Shown: positions 48,867 through 62,855 of the stretch, one piece after another | Position numbering within the stretch: the stretch's first letter is position 1 | How the letters are laid out: each line of letters opens with the position of its first letter | Origin: Octopus sinensis | Taxonomy: Eukaryota | Length of the DNA stretch: 64,000 bases | Reading direction: 5' to 3' | NCBI RefSeq assembly: GCF_006345805.1 | Contig: NC_043020.1 | Coordinates: forward strand, 13,454,001-13,518,000 | The notes under the pieces: generated by a model | What the model was told of the DNA's origin: nothing | Database searches by the model: none | Seen by the model: only the letters and a program-made list of their open reading frames with translations | Made by a program: the position numbers and the translations under genes

Positions 48867-48870
48867 ATGT
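48258..48870. repeat. (TA/TG)n microsatellite
   Basis: Direct reading. Confidence 0.96.
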
Positions 48871-49369
48871 TGTATGTATTGTTCCTGGATCCCGTTAATC
48901 AATAACCACAGATATTGGCAAATGGACAGTTTGGGTGGGGGGGAAGGGAAGGGTTCCTCCACTTCCCTCTTTATTTGTATTTCTATTAATTCTTTTTGTC
49001 TTGTTTGTTTCATTCATTGTCTTTTGTTTGTTTTTGTAGAGGACCATAGCGGAGCATGAGAGACATAAAGGAGGGGGGGAAGACAGGGAGGAGGAGTTTG
49101 GCAAAAGCAGAAAGTTGCAGAGAGAGAGAGATGAGGGAGGGATGGAGGAGGAAGAGGTGGAGGATTATTATATAAGTCAATCGATTGATGGAATCATTAG
49201 AATGTCGGACAAAACATCAACAGTATTTAGTGTGTGGACTTTTGCATTTTGAGTTCAAAAGCTGCCGAGGTTAACTTGTCCATGTTTTTATCTTTTTTTC
49301 TTTCGGAGATCATTAAAAGCACAGTCAGGTGCTGGGTGTTGATTTAATATTGTGTAGAAACCATTCTTT

Positions 49370-49840
49370 ATCATCATCGTTGTCGTCATCATTGCTGTTG
49401 TCATCATTATTCTTATCATCATCATAGTCATTGTCATCATCATCATCATAGCCATTGTTGTCATCATAATCATCATTGTCATTATCACCATCGTCGTCAT
49501 CATCAGCATCCACTGTCATTATCATAGTCATCGTCATCATCATTATCATCATCCTCATTGTCATTGTCATCGTCGTCAATTGTCATCATTATCATTGTTG
49601 TCATCATCATCATCATCAATCATCATCAATCATCATCATCATCAGTGTCAGCATCACTGTCATCATTATCGCCATCATTATCACCATCGTCATCATCATC
49701 AGCATCCACTGTCGTTATCATTGTCATCGTCATCATCGTTATCATCATTGTTGTCATCATCATCATCGTTGTCATCATTATCATCATCAGCGTCACCATC
49801 ATTGCCATCATTATCACCATCCTCATCATCAACATCATAT
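49370..49840. repeat. degenerate (CAT)n microsatellite
   Basis: Direct reading. Confidence 0.93.
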
Positions 49841-50190
49841 AATGGCCCTTTTCTAGTATGACTTGGATGGTCCGGCCAATGGAGCCAGAGAGCTGTGTTG
49901 AGCTCCACTCCTTGTTTTAACATGGTTTCTATGGCTTGATGCCCTTCCTAATGCAAACCACCTTACAAAGTTTACTGGGTGCTCTTTATGTGGTGCCTGC
50001 ACTAGTGAGGTTACCAAGTAACTCATAAGACATGACCCCTTGAGTGAGTGGGGTTATAATATTGAGAGATAAGAAATTATGATAGAGGAAGAGGAACAAG
50101 TGTCTTCCTGAAGCAATGAATACAAGGCTTGCCCAATTGTAGAGAGAGAGAGATGGTGTGGACTTAGCCTTAAGATGCAAGGTGAATATA

Positions 50191-50455
50191 GGCGTAGGAG
50201 TGGCTGTGTGGTAAGTAGCTTGCTTACCAACCACATGGTTCCGGGATCAGTCACACTGTGTGGCACCTTGGGCATGTGTCTTCTACTGTAGCTTCGGGCC
50301 AACCAAAGCCTTGTGAGTGGATTTGGTAGACAGAAACTGAAAGAAGCCCGTCATGTATATGTATATATATGTGTGTGTGTGTATGTGTGTGTTTGCATTT
50401 GTCCCCCCAACATCGCTTGACAACCGATGCTGGTGTGCTTACATGACTTCCCTAG
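50191..50455 (+). mobile_element. SINE family A, 3'-truncated
   Basis: Head and body match. Confidence 0.87.
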
Positions 50456-50655
50456 CTGGAAAGAGAGAGAGAGAGATGGTGATGAATAGGAAAAAGACAC
50501 TAGGACTTGAAGAACGGAAAAGCAGTGAATGGGGTTATGATGATTACAAATTTTTTGGCACAAGGCCAGCAATTTGGGGGGGGTCAGGTCGATTACATCA
50601 ATCCTAGTGCTCAACTGGTATTTATTTTATTCACCTCTAAAGGATTATAAGCATA

Positions 50656-51161
50656 CCGTAAATCCTCAAGTATAATCCACATTTTTTTCCCAAAATCCCT
50701 AGTGTGTAATATATACGAGGTTAAAAACGAAACACATTTTCTAAGCAATATCCGAGTCTCTATTTGCTGTCCAGCAATGTTTATTCAGACACATTTTGTG
50801 ATGTCAGGTGCGAAAATACCTTAAGCTAAGCCTGAAAGCAATGAAGTCATAAAAGAATCATCCATAACTTGCAGTAAGCAACATTTATCAAAATAAAAGT
50901 ATTCAGAACACAGAATAACATGTAAAAAAACAATTTACAAACATTTTTACATTCCCATATAACAGTGAAGAACATCACCATTATTGTATTATGCATGTGC
51001 GAAGTGTTTGTTCGACTAGGTGCTGCTGGTTTAATTACGCATGACTGAAGTTAGAGAAGGGGTGCATATTATACACAAGGTTTAGGTTTTTCAGAAGTAC
51101 AGCCCACTAAAAATTCTCTGCATATTATACTCAAGGGCAGACTATATTCGAGAATTTACGG
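50656..51161. mobile_element. Tc1/pogo (Tigger-like) MITE inserted in a reverse B2 SINE
   Basis: TA|ccgtaaatcctcaagtata ... tatattcgagaatttacgg|TA; the SINE halves rejoin as ggca-ta-gtcaacc. Confidence 0.85.
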
Positions 51162-51445
51162 TAGTCAACCTCAGCATAATTTGAACTCAGAATATGAAGA
51201 CAGTCAAAATGGCACTAAGCGTTTTTCCGAGCTTGCTAATGATTCTGCCAGCCTCACTGCCTTTAACTGGGATTATAATAAAAGATATTCTTCTGTATTT
51301 TTAATAAGATCTTCTTTAATAACACCTTCTTAAATCCCACTTAATTAGCTGTGACCTTCAAATAATCTGTCTACCTGTCAATGGTGTGTCTGCAGGTGTA
51401 GCTGCAGCAACACTATTCCAAAGATGGTAACATTAATTTAATCGA

Positions 51446-51861
51446 AGACGGCGAGCTGGCAGAAACGTTAGCACGCCGGGCGAAATGCTTAGCGGTATTT
51501 CGTCTGCCGTTACGTTCTGAGTTCAAATTCCGCCAAGGTCAACTTTGCCTTTCATCCTTTCGGGATCGATAAATTAAGTACCAGTTACACACTGGGGTCG
51601 ATATAATCGACTTAATACCTATGTCTGTCCTTGTTTGTCCCCTCTATGTTTAGCCCCTTGTGGGTAATAAAGAAATAGGTATTTCGTCTGCCGCTACATT
51701 CTGAGTTCAAATTCTGCCGAGGACGACTTTGCCTTTCATCCTTTCGGGATCGATAAATTAAGTACCAGTTACACACTGGGGTCGATCTAATTGACTTAAT
51801 ACCTTTGTCTGTCCTTGTTTGTCCCCTCTATGTTTAGCCCCTTGTGGGTAATAAAGAAATA
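51446..51861 (+). mobile_element. B1 SINE dimer
   Basis: Two units joined at aaataggtatttcgtc; 19-bp TSD ggtaacattaatttaatcg (51426-51444, 51862-51880). Confidence 0.93.
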
Positions 51862-52454
51862 GGTAACATTAATTTAATCGCTTTCCCCAATGTCCTCCAC
51901 TCCACTCTGTATTCCTCATGTTTTAATAAATGTCTTGTAATGCTCTTCAGAAATGGTTGGGCAACTATTTGCTGAAATATTTTCAGGTTTTTAATGTAGA
52001 AACCTAGTTTTTCTTTTATTCTTCTTTTGTTTGTTCCTTTTAGAGAGAAAGAGAGAGAGAGACAGATTTTTGACAAAGTTTCATATATGGTAAGCGGGGA
52101 GGGTGAGCATTGGGTTGTTAGAAATTCCTTTTGTAAAATCACTTCTTCGACTCAATTTAATACAACAGAAAAAGTAAAACCCTGCAGTTTTAATAAAATT
52201 GATATTATTGTATTAAACATCGCTGTAGTATATTTTGTGTCTTTTAATAGATTTTCAGCTATATCTCCATTTTCGTGAAACATTATATATATGTGTGTGT
52301 GTGTGTGTATATATATATTATATATATACACATATAGACATATACATACACTCTCTCTATTTCTCTCTCACTCACTCACTCACACACACACACACACATA
52401 GTGTGTATAAAACACTAAAAAAATTCTTCAACCCATCTTCATATTTACTTCTAC

Positions 52455-52790
52455 CATGACTACTACTATCACTACTACCACCACTACCACCACCACCATC
52501 ACTACCACCACCACCATCACACCACCACCACTACCATCACTACACACCATCACCACCACTACTACCACTACCACCACTACTACTACTACCACCACTACCA
52601 CCACCACTACCATCACCACCACTACCCACTACTACTACCCCACCGCTACCACCACCACCACTACTACCACTACCTACTACCACCACTACTACCACGACCA
52701 CCACTACCACCACCACCACTACTACTCACCACTACTACTACCACCATCACTACCGCCATCCCAACCTACCACCACCACACCACTACTACT
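52455..52790. repeat. (ACC/ACT)n microsatellite
   Basis: Direct reading. Confidence 0.93.
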
Positions 52791-53024
52791 GCTACTGTTG
52801 CTGCTATATTTGTTCCTTGTTCTTTGGGTAACATTAATTTATTCGCATTTACCAGTGTCCTCCCCTCCCCTCTACATCATCATTAATGGTTCTGTTAAAA
52901 TGTTCTCCAAATTACTTTCTAGAAAATTCTTTCTTAGGAATATTTACAATTTTCCTCTTTCTGCACATTATTTTGTGTTTTTTTTTTAAATATTTTCCAC
53001 TTTTTAAAAAATATTTTCTGGGTT

Positions 53025-53630
53025 TACTCTTAACTCTTGTACTCTTTTACTTGTTTCAATCATTTGACTGCGGCCATGCTGGAGCACCGCCTTTAGTCGA
53101 ACAAATCGACCCCAGGACTTATTCTTTGTAAGCCCAGTACTTATTCTATCGCTCTCTTTTGCCGAACAGCTAAGTGACGGGGACGTAAACACACCAGCAT
53201 CAGTTGTCAAGCAATGCTAGGGAGACAAACACAGACACACAAACATATACACATACATATATCGCCTGGCTCCGTGCAGGTGGCACGTAAAAAACACCCA
53301 CTACACTCGCAGAGTGGTTGTCGTTAGGAAGGGCATCCAGCCGTAGAAACACTGCCAAATCTGACTTGGCCTGATGAAGCCTTCCGGCTTCACAGACCCC
53401 AGTTAAACCGTCCAATCCATGCTAGCATGGAAAACGGACGCTAAATGATGATGATGATGATGATGATATACGACGGGCTTTTTTCAGTTTCCGTCTACCA
53501 AATCCACTCACAAGGCTTTGGTCGGCCCAAGGCTATAGTGGAAGACACTTGCCCAAGGTGCCACGCAGTGGGACTGAACCCGGAACCATGTGGTTGGTAA
53601 ACAAGCTACTTACCACACAGCCGCTCCTAC
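53025..53630 (-). mobile_element. SINE family A split by a plus-strand D/RTE tail (53265-53465)
   Basis: A tail at 53025-53250 and A head at 53468-53630; the D insert sits in the internal microsatellite. Confidence 0.88.
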
Positions 53631-54979
53631 ATTTGTTTTATTTTTATTTATTTTTTTGTTGTTGTTGTTCTGTTTTGTTACAGAATCAAACTGAAATTTC
53701 AAAGAGAAATTAGGTGAAAGGCGTTTCCTTGAACCCTTCTTAGAATTAAGACATTTCTAGTTTGTCGCTGTTTAGCCCTTGGTCAATCCTGCTGGAAAAT
53801 CCTTCTCATCAAAACTAGCCATAATCATCTCGCCTTTTTCTATTTATTCAACATATCTTTGACTGCTATTTCTTGCACATCAAACAGTTATGTAAAGATC
53901 TTTTCCCTCGTTATGTAATGTGCAGAAAAATATGGGTAGCAACTATTAGTCATTATTATTAATCATTAATCAAACGTTGATAACGGTTTTAGCGAAATCT
54001 AAAGGTGATCAATTGGTCAATTTTTGGTCTTTCTCTCTGGCCACTGAGAATCTTGTTTCACCTCTGTTTCTATTTTCACAGTAAGATGATATATGATGGT
54101 ATGTGCCCCAGCATGGCCACAGCTCATTATTTGAAATTCATAAAAGTGTGTGTCTGTGTGTCACGATCACTAATATTTCGCTATATCTGTTAGCGGTCAA
54201 TTATTGGTTAGTTCCTGTTGACCATTGAGATGTTTTTGGCTTGTCTCTTCTCTTCTTCTTTATTCTTTATATCCCTTCCTCTCCTTTCCCTCTCTCCTTA
54301 CCCTCTCTCCTGCCTCTCACCCTCTCTCTCCCCTACTTTCTCCTTTTCCCTGCTCTTTCCTCTCCCTTTCCCTCTCTTCTCACCCATCTGTCTCCTCTTC
54401 CCTCCCTCTTCTATACCCCCCTCTCTCTCTCTCCCCTTATCCATCCTCAATTTTTTACCATTTTTTCCCGCTCGCTTCTCTCTTGGTAATCCACAAATAC
54501 GAAAACAAATCAATACAACAGTGCATGTGTTTTAATGTGACTCTACCATGATACCTTTGTTTCACTTCCAACAAACGATCTCGGATTAAATCACTTGTCA
54601 AACAACACTGGAATCGTTGATCAATAATTGTTCAATGGCTTTCAGGGTTTGTTTGGCATTTTTCTCTTTTTCTCTAAACCCACTCAACCCAACACCCCTT
54701 TGTTATACCTTCAGAAATATTCCTTTCCTTATCGAACAAGCATTTTGATTTGTTTTTTTTATAGGAACCCAATTGATCAAATTCTTCCATTGTAAAGTCA
54801 ACATTTTCAGGTTTCCATTCATGGAGAGACAACAAGAACATCATCAACAACAACAAAAACTACTTCTTAATAAATAAATAAATAAATAAATAAATAAGGA
54901 TATAAACTTTGCATTTCAAGTGAAAAATGGAAGATTCTGTGGAATTTATAGAAATGGGGGAAATATAAGATCAAAAATA

Positions 54980-55177
54980 TATATATTGAATACATACGCA
55001 CACACATACACACAGACATATATATGCATATATATATATATGCACATTTATATATATATATATATATCTATATATATATATATATATATGCACACATATA
55101 TATATGGATATATATATATGCACATACATATGGATATATATATATCTATATATATGCACATATATATATATACATAC

Positions 55178-55210
<33 letters not shown>

Positions 55211-55249
55211 TATATACACACACACACATATATATACACATACCACACA

Positions 55250-55293
<44 letters not shown>

Positions 55294-55345
55294 CACACAC
55301 ATATATATATACACACACACATGTATATATACATATATATATATG
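54980..55345. repeat. (TA/CA)n microsatellite
   Basis: Direct reading. Confidence 0.95.
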
Positions 55346-56279
55346 AGAGAGACAGAATGAGCAAATATAAGATAAAATAAGAACACCATTTTATTATCCT
55401 TAAATTTTTTTAATTTTTTTTTGTTACATATTTCTTTTTTTTTTTTTTTCACCTTTATCTTTGATAAACCGGTTTGCATTATTAAGGAAAAATGTTGCCT
55501 TCAGCGAAATCACTCCTTCAAAAAAAGCAATCTCTACCAAAAAGTTAGCAGCATTTTCCTTTCCACGCTGCCTTCCTTCCATACTATGCAAATTCTCTGT
55601 TGACACTTATTTCTTCAGATTTCCATTTTATTTTGCATTTCTTTCCTTCTCCCCCCCCCTTTCTTTCCTTCCTTCTCTCTTCCTTATTCTTCCTTCCTCT
55701 CTTCCTTCCTTCCTCTTCCTCCCTCTCTCCTGGTCAGCAAACATTGTCGACCATAAACCAACACTATTTGATAAATGCTCACTTAAACCTTGCACGTTTT
55801 CTTTTGCTTTTCAACGCCACTTGATCTTCTCCTTGGTGCTTCAAATTCAAATTTCGCTTCAAGTTTGATAAACATTTTTTTTTTCTTTTGTATTTATTTA
55901 AATTGCTTTTCATTGTGGTTTTTGTTTGTTTTTTTTTCATTTCTTTCTTTTTTTTTTTCCCCCCTCTTTCGCTCCTTTTCCTTCTCCTTTTCTCTTTAAT
56001 TATCACTTTGAGAGGATCAAGTGAAATGTTCCTCCTCCTCGCCCGCCGCTGCAAACGAAAGGTATGGCGCTAATAATACACAGATTGCTGTCGTTGTGGA
56101 TGGCGAGTGGGGTGGATCAGGGCCAGGGTCACACAGAGAGAAAGAGAGAGAGAGAGAGATGAAGACAGGAACACACAGACACACACACACATATATCATA
56201 CATACACAATCACTCATAGATACATGCATAAACACGCATATAAATAAGCACCCGGACACACTAACACACTGATCTAAGC

Positions 56280-56525
56280 TCCAACACTCGCATTCACACA
56301 CACACACACACAATCACATATACACATACACACAATCACACACACATAATCACACACACAATCACACGCACACACAATCACATACACACACATAATCACA
56401 CACACACAATCACACACACACAATCACATACACACACACAATCCCTCGTGCTCCCTTTCGCAGTCTCTCTCTAGCTCCATCTCTCTTTTGCACTCTCTCT
56501 TTTACTCTCCATGTCTCTTTTTCTT

Positions 56526-56564
<39 letters not shown>

Positions 56565-56878
56565 CTCTCACTCCTTCTCTTTCAATATCTCTCTCTCTCT
56601 CTTGCACACTCCCACTTTTTTCTTTCTGTCACACTCACTTGCTCTCTCACGCACTCACCCTCTCCCTCTCTCCCTCTCTTTTGCACTCTCGCATACTCTC
56701 TCTACCTCTCTTTCACGCTGTCTCTCCCCCTCTCGCACGCTCTTTCACGCTCTCTTTCCCTCTCTCACACGCTCGCATGCTCTCTCTCCCTCTCTTGCAT
56801 GCTCTCCCCTTCTCGCACGCTCTCCCCCTCTCTTTCTTCCTCCCTCTCTCTTGCACTCACTTCTCTCTCTCTCTCTTG

Positions 56879-56926
<48 letters not shown>

Positions 56927-56930
56927 TCTA
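56280..56930. repeat. (CA)n/CACAAT and (CT)n low-complexity tracts
   Basis: Direct reading. Confidence 0.92.
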
Positions 56931-57254
56931 AAGCATTTCACTGCAATCTTCCCTGAACACTTGTTTATTTACAATTCCACTTAAAGATGTCATCCACTCT
57001 TATAATCTTGGAATTATCCAAACTCTTCCAATTATTATTCCACTGAAATTTGAAACCTTCTTCCCTGACTTTGAATTTCTGTCATTTCATTATTTTCTCT
57101 AAATTCCTCCTCCTTTTCCTTTCCACAAAATGTTCTTTTTTTCAAAAAAAAAATTACATTTGACCTTTTACTGTGTAAAAGCTCCTGCTTCTCCTTATTT
57201 TCTTCCTTCAATAGACTCTCCCGCCTCAATCCTCTCTCATCCCTCTAACTCCAT

Positions 57255-57395
57255 GTGTATGTGTGTGTGTGTGTGTGTATGAAGACATGTCTATATGTGT
57301 ATGCATATGCATGTATGTGTGCGTACATGTATATGCACGGTTGTGTGTTTATATTGTGTGTTTATATCGTGTGTGTGTGCATATATATATATGTA

Positions 57396-57431
<36 letters not shown>

Positions 57432-57437
57432 TATATG

Positions 57438-57474
<37 letters not shown>

Positions 57475-57503
57475 GTGTATGTATGTATGTATATATGTAT
57501 GTG

Positions 57504-57538
<35 letters not shown>

Positions 57539-58087
57539 GTATGTATATATATGTGTATGTATGTATGTATATATATGTGTATATATATATATATATTATA
57601 CATATATGTATATATATATGTATGTATATATATGTGTATATATATATATGTATATATATGTATATGTATATATATGTATGTATATATATGTGTGTATATA
57701 TATATATATAAAACGTGTGTATATATGTCTGTGACTGTGTATGTGCCTAGGTTTATGTGAATGTATGATCGTATGCATATACATCAGTGTATGTTTGTGT
57801 GTATATGTATTTGTATATAGAGGTGGGGAGAGAGAGAGAGATGTATGAGTGTATATATCTCTGTGGTGTGTGGCTGTGTATAGGTACATGTTTGTATGTA
57901 TATATATATATGTGTGTGTGTGTGTATGGTTCTGAGTATATGTGTATATGGATATATGTTTGTCTGTGTATGTGTGTGTGTGTGTGTGTGTATTTGTATA
58001 TAGAGTGAGGGAGAGAGAGAAAGAGATGTATGAGTGTATATATCTCTGTGGTGTGTGACTGTGTATAGGTATATGTTTGTATGTATG

Positions 58088-58123
<36 letters not shown>

Positions 58124-58255
58124 CATGTGGCTCTGAGTATATGTGTGTCTGGATATATGTTTGTCTGTATATATGTGTGTGGCTCTGAGTATATGTGTGT
58201 ATGGATATGTTTGTCTGTGTATATGTGCGTGTATGTGTGTGTGTGTTAGTATATA
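57255..58255. repeat. (TA/TG)n microsatellite followed by a ~190-bp two-unit degenerate repeat
   Basis: gagagagatgtatgagtgtatatatctctgtggtgtg at about 57830 and 58020. Confidence 0.9.
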
Positions 58256-59363
58256 TGTGGAGGTAGTATAGAACAATACCAAAGCAACTTTACCATTTAG
58301 TCTGTGCCATGTAAAACCATTATCGGTTGGAATCGACTGTGAAAGATGGACGTGGTGGGGTGGGTGGGGGAGAGGGGATGGGTGGCAGCTGCGGCGGGAG
58401 GGGGGTAATGTCAGTGGTGATCAGACCCATGAAATGACAATGAGAAGGGACCGGCCAGCTGTAGCATCATCTGCTCTAATCAGTTAACATCTGGAATCTG
58501 TTGCCAGACATCATCTACCACCACCACCATCACTGTTTATGATTGACTTCTCTGAGTATAATGTCATCAACTACTACTACTACTACTAATAATAATAATA
58601 ATTATTATATGGTGTCGGGAGCACAGTCTTGTTTTTAACTAATCAAAAAATTCAAAGCTATCTCATCTGCCAATGCACATCAATTCCATCTTGTCGGCTC
58701 TGGCTACATCTTTAGAAATGTCACACAAGAAAAAAAAAAAAATTATGTACATATAAAACAAAAACGAAATCTGAGGAAAAAAAAGGTGATTATTGGAGAA
58801 GAAGGGTGGGGTGAGAAACCAGGCCATTGCCCCTCCCACATGGACGAAAACATACCCATTAAAATAAAAATGAAAAACCCTTCCCTTTCCGCAGCAAAAT
58901 TTGATGGCTTTTTCATATTTCAGTGACATGCTTCACAGCATCAAATGTTGTCGTATTGGTCCCTGGGAATTCCTCCACCAAATACCCCATTGTTCGGTTG
59001 TTAACACCCCGGTAACCATCTGTTGTTGTTCCTTCTTTTAATGTCTTATACAGCCTTTTTTGCCTTTCTTCCTTCTTTAATTCCTTCCTTTATAGGCAGA
59101 CTTATTGTTTGACTAGCCATGGAGAGATTCCTGTCTCTGGATTATGAATTTCAATTGATCTCTCTATGGGGTGGGAGATGGGGTATGTAGTGAGTTTCTT
59201 TCTTGTGTCCTTGCCTACCCACACCCTGTCCCTCTATGTGTGTGTCTGTATATCTAAAACCCAGTGTTAAGTTGTGACACTTTTTCATTGTGTAACTTAG
59301 AGGTTCATCAAATAGGAATCAATATAATAAGCACCAGGCTCATTATAGCAAGTCTGTTGATTA

Positions 59364-59897
59364 TGAGGTTGTATCAAAACGTTCCCGGACTAGTCTCATA
59401 TTTAATGAAAAATAACTTATTTGTCTTAAGTTTCAAGATCATCTTAAATAAGCTATAGGCGCAGGAGTGGCCGTGTGGTAAGTAGCTTGCTTACCAACCA
59501 CATGGTTACGGGTTCAGTCCCACTGCATGGCATCTTGGGCAAGTGTCTTCTACTATAGCCTCTGGCCGACCAAAGCCTTGTGAGTGGATTTGGTAGATGG
59601 AAACTGAAAGAAGCCCATCGTATATATGTATGTGTGTGTATATGTTTGTCCCCCCAACATCACTTGTCAACCAGCCGATGCTGTTGTGTTTACATCCTCG
59701 TAGCTTAGAGGTTCGGCAAAAGAGACTGATAGAATAAGTACTAGGCTTACAAAAGAATAAGTCCTGGGGTCGATTTGCTCGACTAAAGGCAGTGCTCCAG
59801 CATGGCCGCAGTCAAATGACTGAAACAAGTAAAAAAGAAAAAAAGGTTATTTTTTTATTAAACATAACTAGTCTGGGAACTTCTTGATACCACCTCA
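59364..59897. mobile_element. very small mariner-type MITE interrupted by an A SINE (59458-59843)
   Basis: TA|tgaggttgtatcaaaacgttcccggactagt ... actagtctgggaacttcttgataccacctca. Confidence 0.8.
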
Positions 59898-60258
59898 CAA
59901 TAATTGACCAAAGCCCTTAAATAGTTTGCCCCAGCATGGCCACAACCCAGTAACTAAAACTAGTAAACCAGTAAACAAGCTTGTTCAACTTAGTCTCTGT
60001 CATTTAATTATTAGCAATGATGGATTTAATTATATTTATTTCACTGTGCCAATTAATAAAGGATGATTGATCATTGACGAAGCTATTAATAATGCTTAAA
60101 CCAGTGTCGTGTCGTCAGTTTTTTGTTTTTTTCCTTTGTTTAAGGTGACATTATATAAACATAGTCAGACATTTACAACTGTGTTCTCTGTCTCGTCAAG
60201 TTTAATTACTTAATGAATGCAAGGAGAGCTAAAAAAAAATAATAAGTCTATGAACATA

Positions 60259-60950
60259 GGTGCAGGAGTAGCTGTGTGGTAAGTAGCTTGCTTACGAACC
60301 ACATGGTTCCGGGTTCAGTTCCAGTGCGTGGCATCTTGTGCAAGTGTCTTCTGCTATAGCCCCGGGCCGACCAATGCCTTGTGAGTGGATTTTGTAGACG
60401 GAAACTGAAAGAAGCCTGTCGTATATATGTATGTATATATATATATATATATGTGTGTGTATGTGTGTGTATATGTTGTGTGTCTGTGTTTGTCCCCCTA
60501 GCATTGCTTGACAACAGATGCTGGTGTGTTTACGTCCCCGTAACTTAGTGATTCAGCAAAAAGAGACCGATAGAATAAGTACTGGGCTTACAAAGAATAA
60601 GTCCCGGGGTCGATTTGCTCGACTTAAGGCGGTGCTCCAGCATGGCTACAGTCAAATGACTGAAACAAGTAAAAGAGTAAAAAGAGTATAGGTGCAGGCA
60701 TGGATGTGTAGTAAGAAATTTGTTTCTCAACTACATGCTCTTGGGTTCAGTCCCACTGTGTGGCACCACAGGCAAGTGTCTTCTACTCTGGCTTCGGACC
60801 GAACAAAGCCTTGTGAGTGGATTTGGCAGAAGGAAACTGAAAGAAGCCCTTTGTGTGTGTGTGTGTGTGTGTTCTTGTCTGTGCTTGTCCCCCCCACACA
60901 CCGCCATCACCACTTGACAACAGGTGTTGGTGTGTTTACGTCCACTTAAC
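60259..60950 (+). mobile_element. two consecutive family A SINEs (a younger copy, then an older one)
   Basis: Heads at about 60259 and 60691. Confidence 0.88.
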
Positions 60951-61000
60951 AGTTTGCAATGGTGCCCCAGCATGGCTGCAGTCTAATGATTGAGACTAAT

Positions 61001-61461
61001 AAGGTGGCGAGCTGGCAGAGACGTTAGCACGCCGGGCAAAGTGCTTCGCGGTATTTCACCCGTCACTACGTTCTGAGTTCAAATTCCGCCAAGGTCGGCT
61101 TTACCTTTCATTCTTTCGGGGGTCGATAAATTAAGTACCAGTTACACACTGGGGTCAATGTAATCGACTTAATCCCTTTGTTTGTCCTTGTTTGTCCTCT
61201 CTGTGTTTAGCCCCTTGTGGGTAGTAAAGAAATAGGTATTTCGTCTGCCATTATGTTCACTGGGCAAAGTGCTTCGCGGTATTTCACCCGTCGCTACGTT
61301 CTAAGTTCAAATTCCGCCGAGGTCAGCTTTGCCTTTCATCTTTTCAGGGTCGATAAATTAAGTACCAGTTACGCACTGGGGTCGGTGTACTCGACTTAAT
61401 CCGTTTGTCTGTCCTTGTTTGTCCCCTCTATGTTTAGCCCCTTGTGGGCAATAAAGAAACG
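61001..61461 (+). mobile_element. B1 SINE dimer
   Basis: Junction aaataggtatttcgtc at about 61232; 11-bp TSD gattgagacta (60988-60998, 61462-61472). Confidence 0.9.
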
Positions 61462-61761
61462 GATTGAGACTACAGATAAAAGAACATACGCTATAGTAAA
61501 GTTTAGTTTGATGTTGCTAGATTTAATTCTCTTTTAGCGCCATGCTAGCATGGCTTAAACAAGGGGACATTGAGGCAAAACTTTTATAACCAGATGCTCT
61601 TCTTGTCACCAAACCTTACTTGTTTTTCAAGTAAAATAGTCTTTTTCTTATTCCAGAGGAATTGAAAAGTGCAGAGCCAACAGACGATTTGTTAACAGGA
61701 AATGTCACCTAATGTAACTGAGTTACAATAGGTGTCATCGCAGTTTGGTGCTGCATAGGTT

Positions 61762-62055
61762 ATAATAATAATAATAATAATAATAATAAACATTGTGTAC
61801 AGTGCTCAGGTGCACTACAACTCATCTAAAGTGCATATATAATCAGGTGTAGTTTCGACGGATTTCGGGAAGCATGAGGGCCTTAAAGGATGCAGTGTCA
61901 TGGCAGTCAACAACTGACGCAGGCAGTTTATTCCATGCTTCAGCAACTCTGAGTGTGAAGAAATGTTTCCGAAAGTCATGGGAGCTGTGTTGTTTTCTGA
62001 CTTTGTAGGCATGTCCACGTGTGTTAGACACATGGAGATCAAAAAGGTGTTCAAC
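61762..62055 (-). mobile_element. CR1-clade LINE 3' fragment
   Basis: SNTRGHAYKVRKQHSSHDFRKHFFTLRVAEAWNKLPASVVDCHDTASFKALM matches the CR1 ORF2 C-terminal motif TRGH..RK.FF..RV...WN.LP; (ATT)n tail. Confidence 0.9.
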
Positions 62056-62606
62056 ACTCATACACATTAAGACATAAACACATGTACACACACACACATG
62101 TGTTTGTGCCTCCTAATCTTCCCATCATGTGATAATTGTAAACAAGTGTCTTCATCATACAAGCAGCATCATTCATATTCAATCTTCCGTGGTTCTGAAG
62201 AAATATTCATTTCAAATTTTTGCACGAGCTCATTGACCGCAGTCCGGACGCAGTTCATTGCAGCTGCTTTGAAAGGTGACTGCACACTCAGGCGCAGGAT
62301 GAGTTGAAAAAAGCAGCAGCAGACCTGCCTATCACTGTCCTTGTCTCCTGCGCTGCCGGCCGAAACCAGCCCCTTTTTTTCTTGACCCGCACCAGCACCC
62401 CCTCCTTCCGCAGCAGCCCGGTGTGCGGTAGTCAGATCTCTACCAACTGTAGTTCACCAATATTTTTTGAGAGGCACTTTTTTTTTTTTAGTTCCAATAC
62501 AATATATTAATTGTACAAATAATTAGATCTTCTTAACCCTTTAGCTAGCAAAATCTGAGTTGTACCTGTATTTGAAGTAAATGTTTTTGATATTGTTTAA
62601 TTAGGT

Positions 62607-62855
62607 GGAGGCGCATGGCTTAGTGGTTAGGGTGTCAGCATCATGATCATAAGATTGCAGTTTCGATTCCTGGACCGGGCGACGCGTTGTGTTCTTAAGC
62701 AAAACACTTCATTTCACGTAGCTCCAGTCCACTCAGCTGGCAAAAATGAGTAACACTGCACTAGACTGGCGTCCCATCCAGCTGGGGAACGCATACGCCA
62801 CTGAAACCGGGAAACTGAGCCCATGAGCCTGGCTAGGCTTTAAAAGGGCGCATTT
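62607..62855 (+). mobile_element. tRNA-derived SINE with an F-like body and C2/Nin-like tail
   Basis: A/B boxes, gctccagtccactcagctgg, ctggcgtcccatccag...gaaaccggg; TSD attgtt(t)taattagg. Confidence 0.85.

Noticed and set aside
58921-59008. 88-nt plus-strand exon candidate, and MFLLLARRCKRK first-exon candidate at about 56026-56061
   Set aside because: Joining them in phase gives an immediate stop, and neither has recognisable homology.
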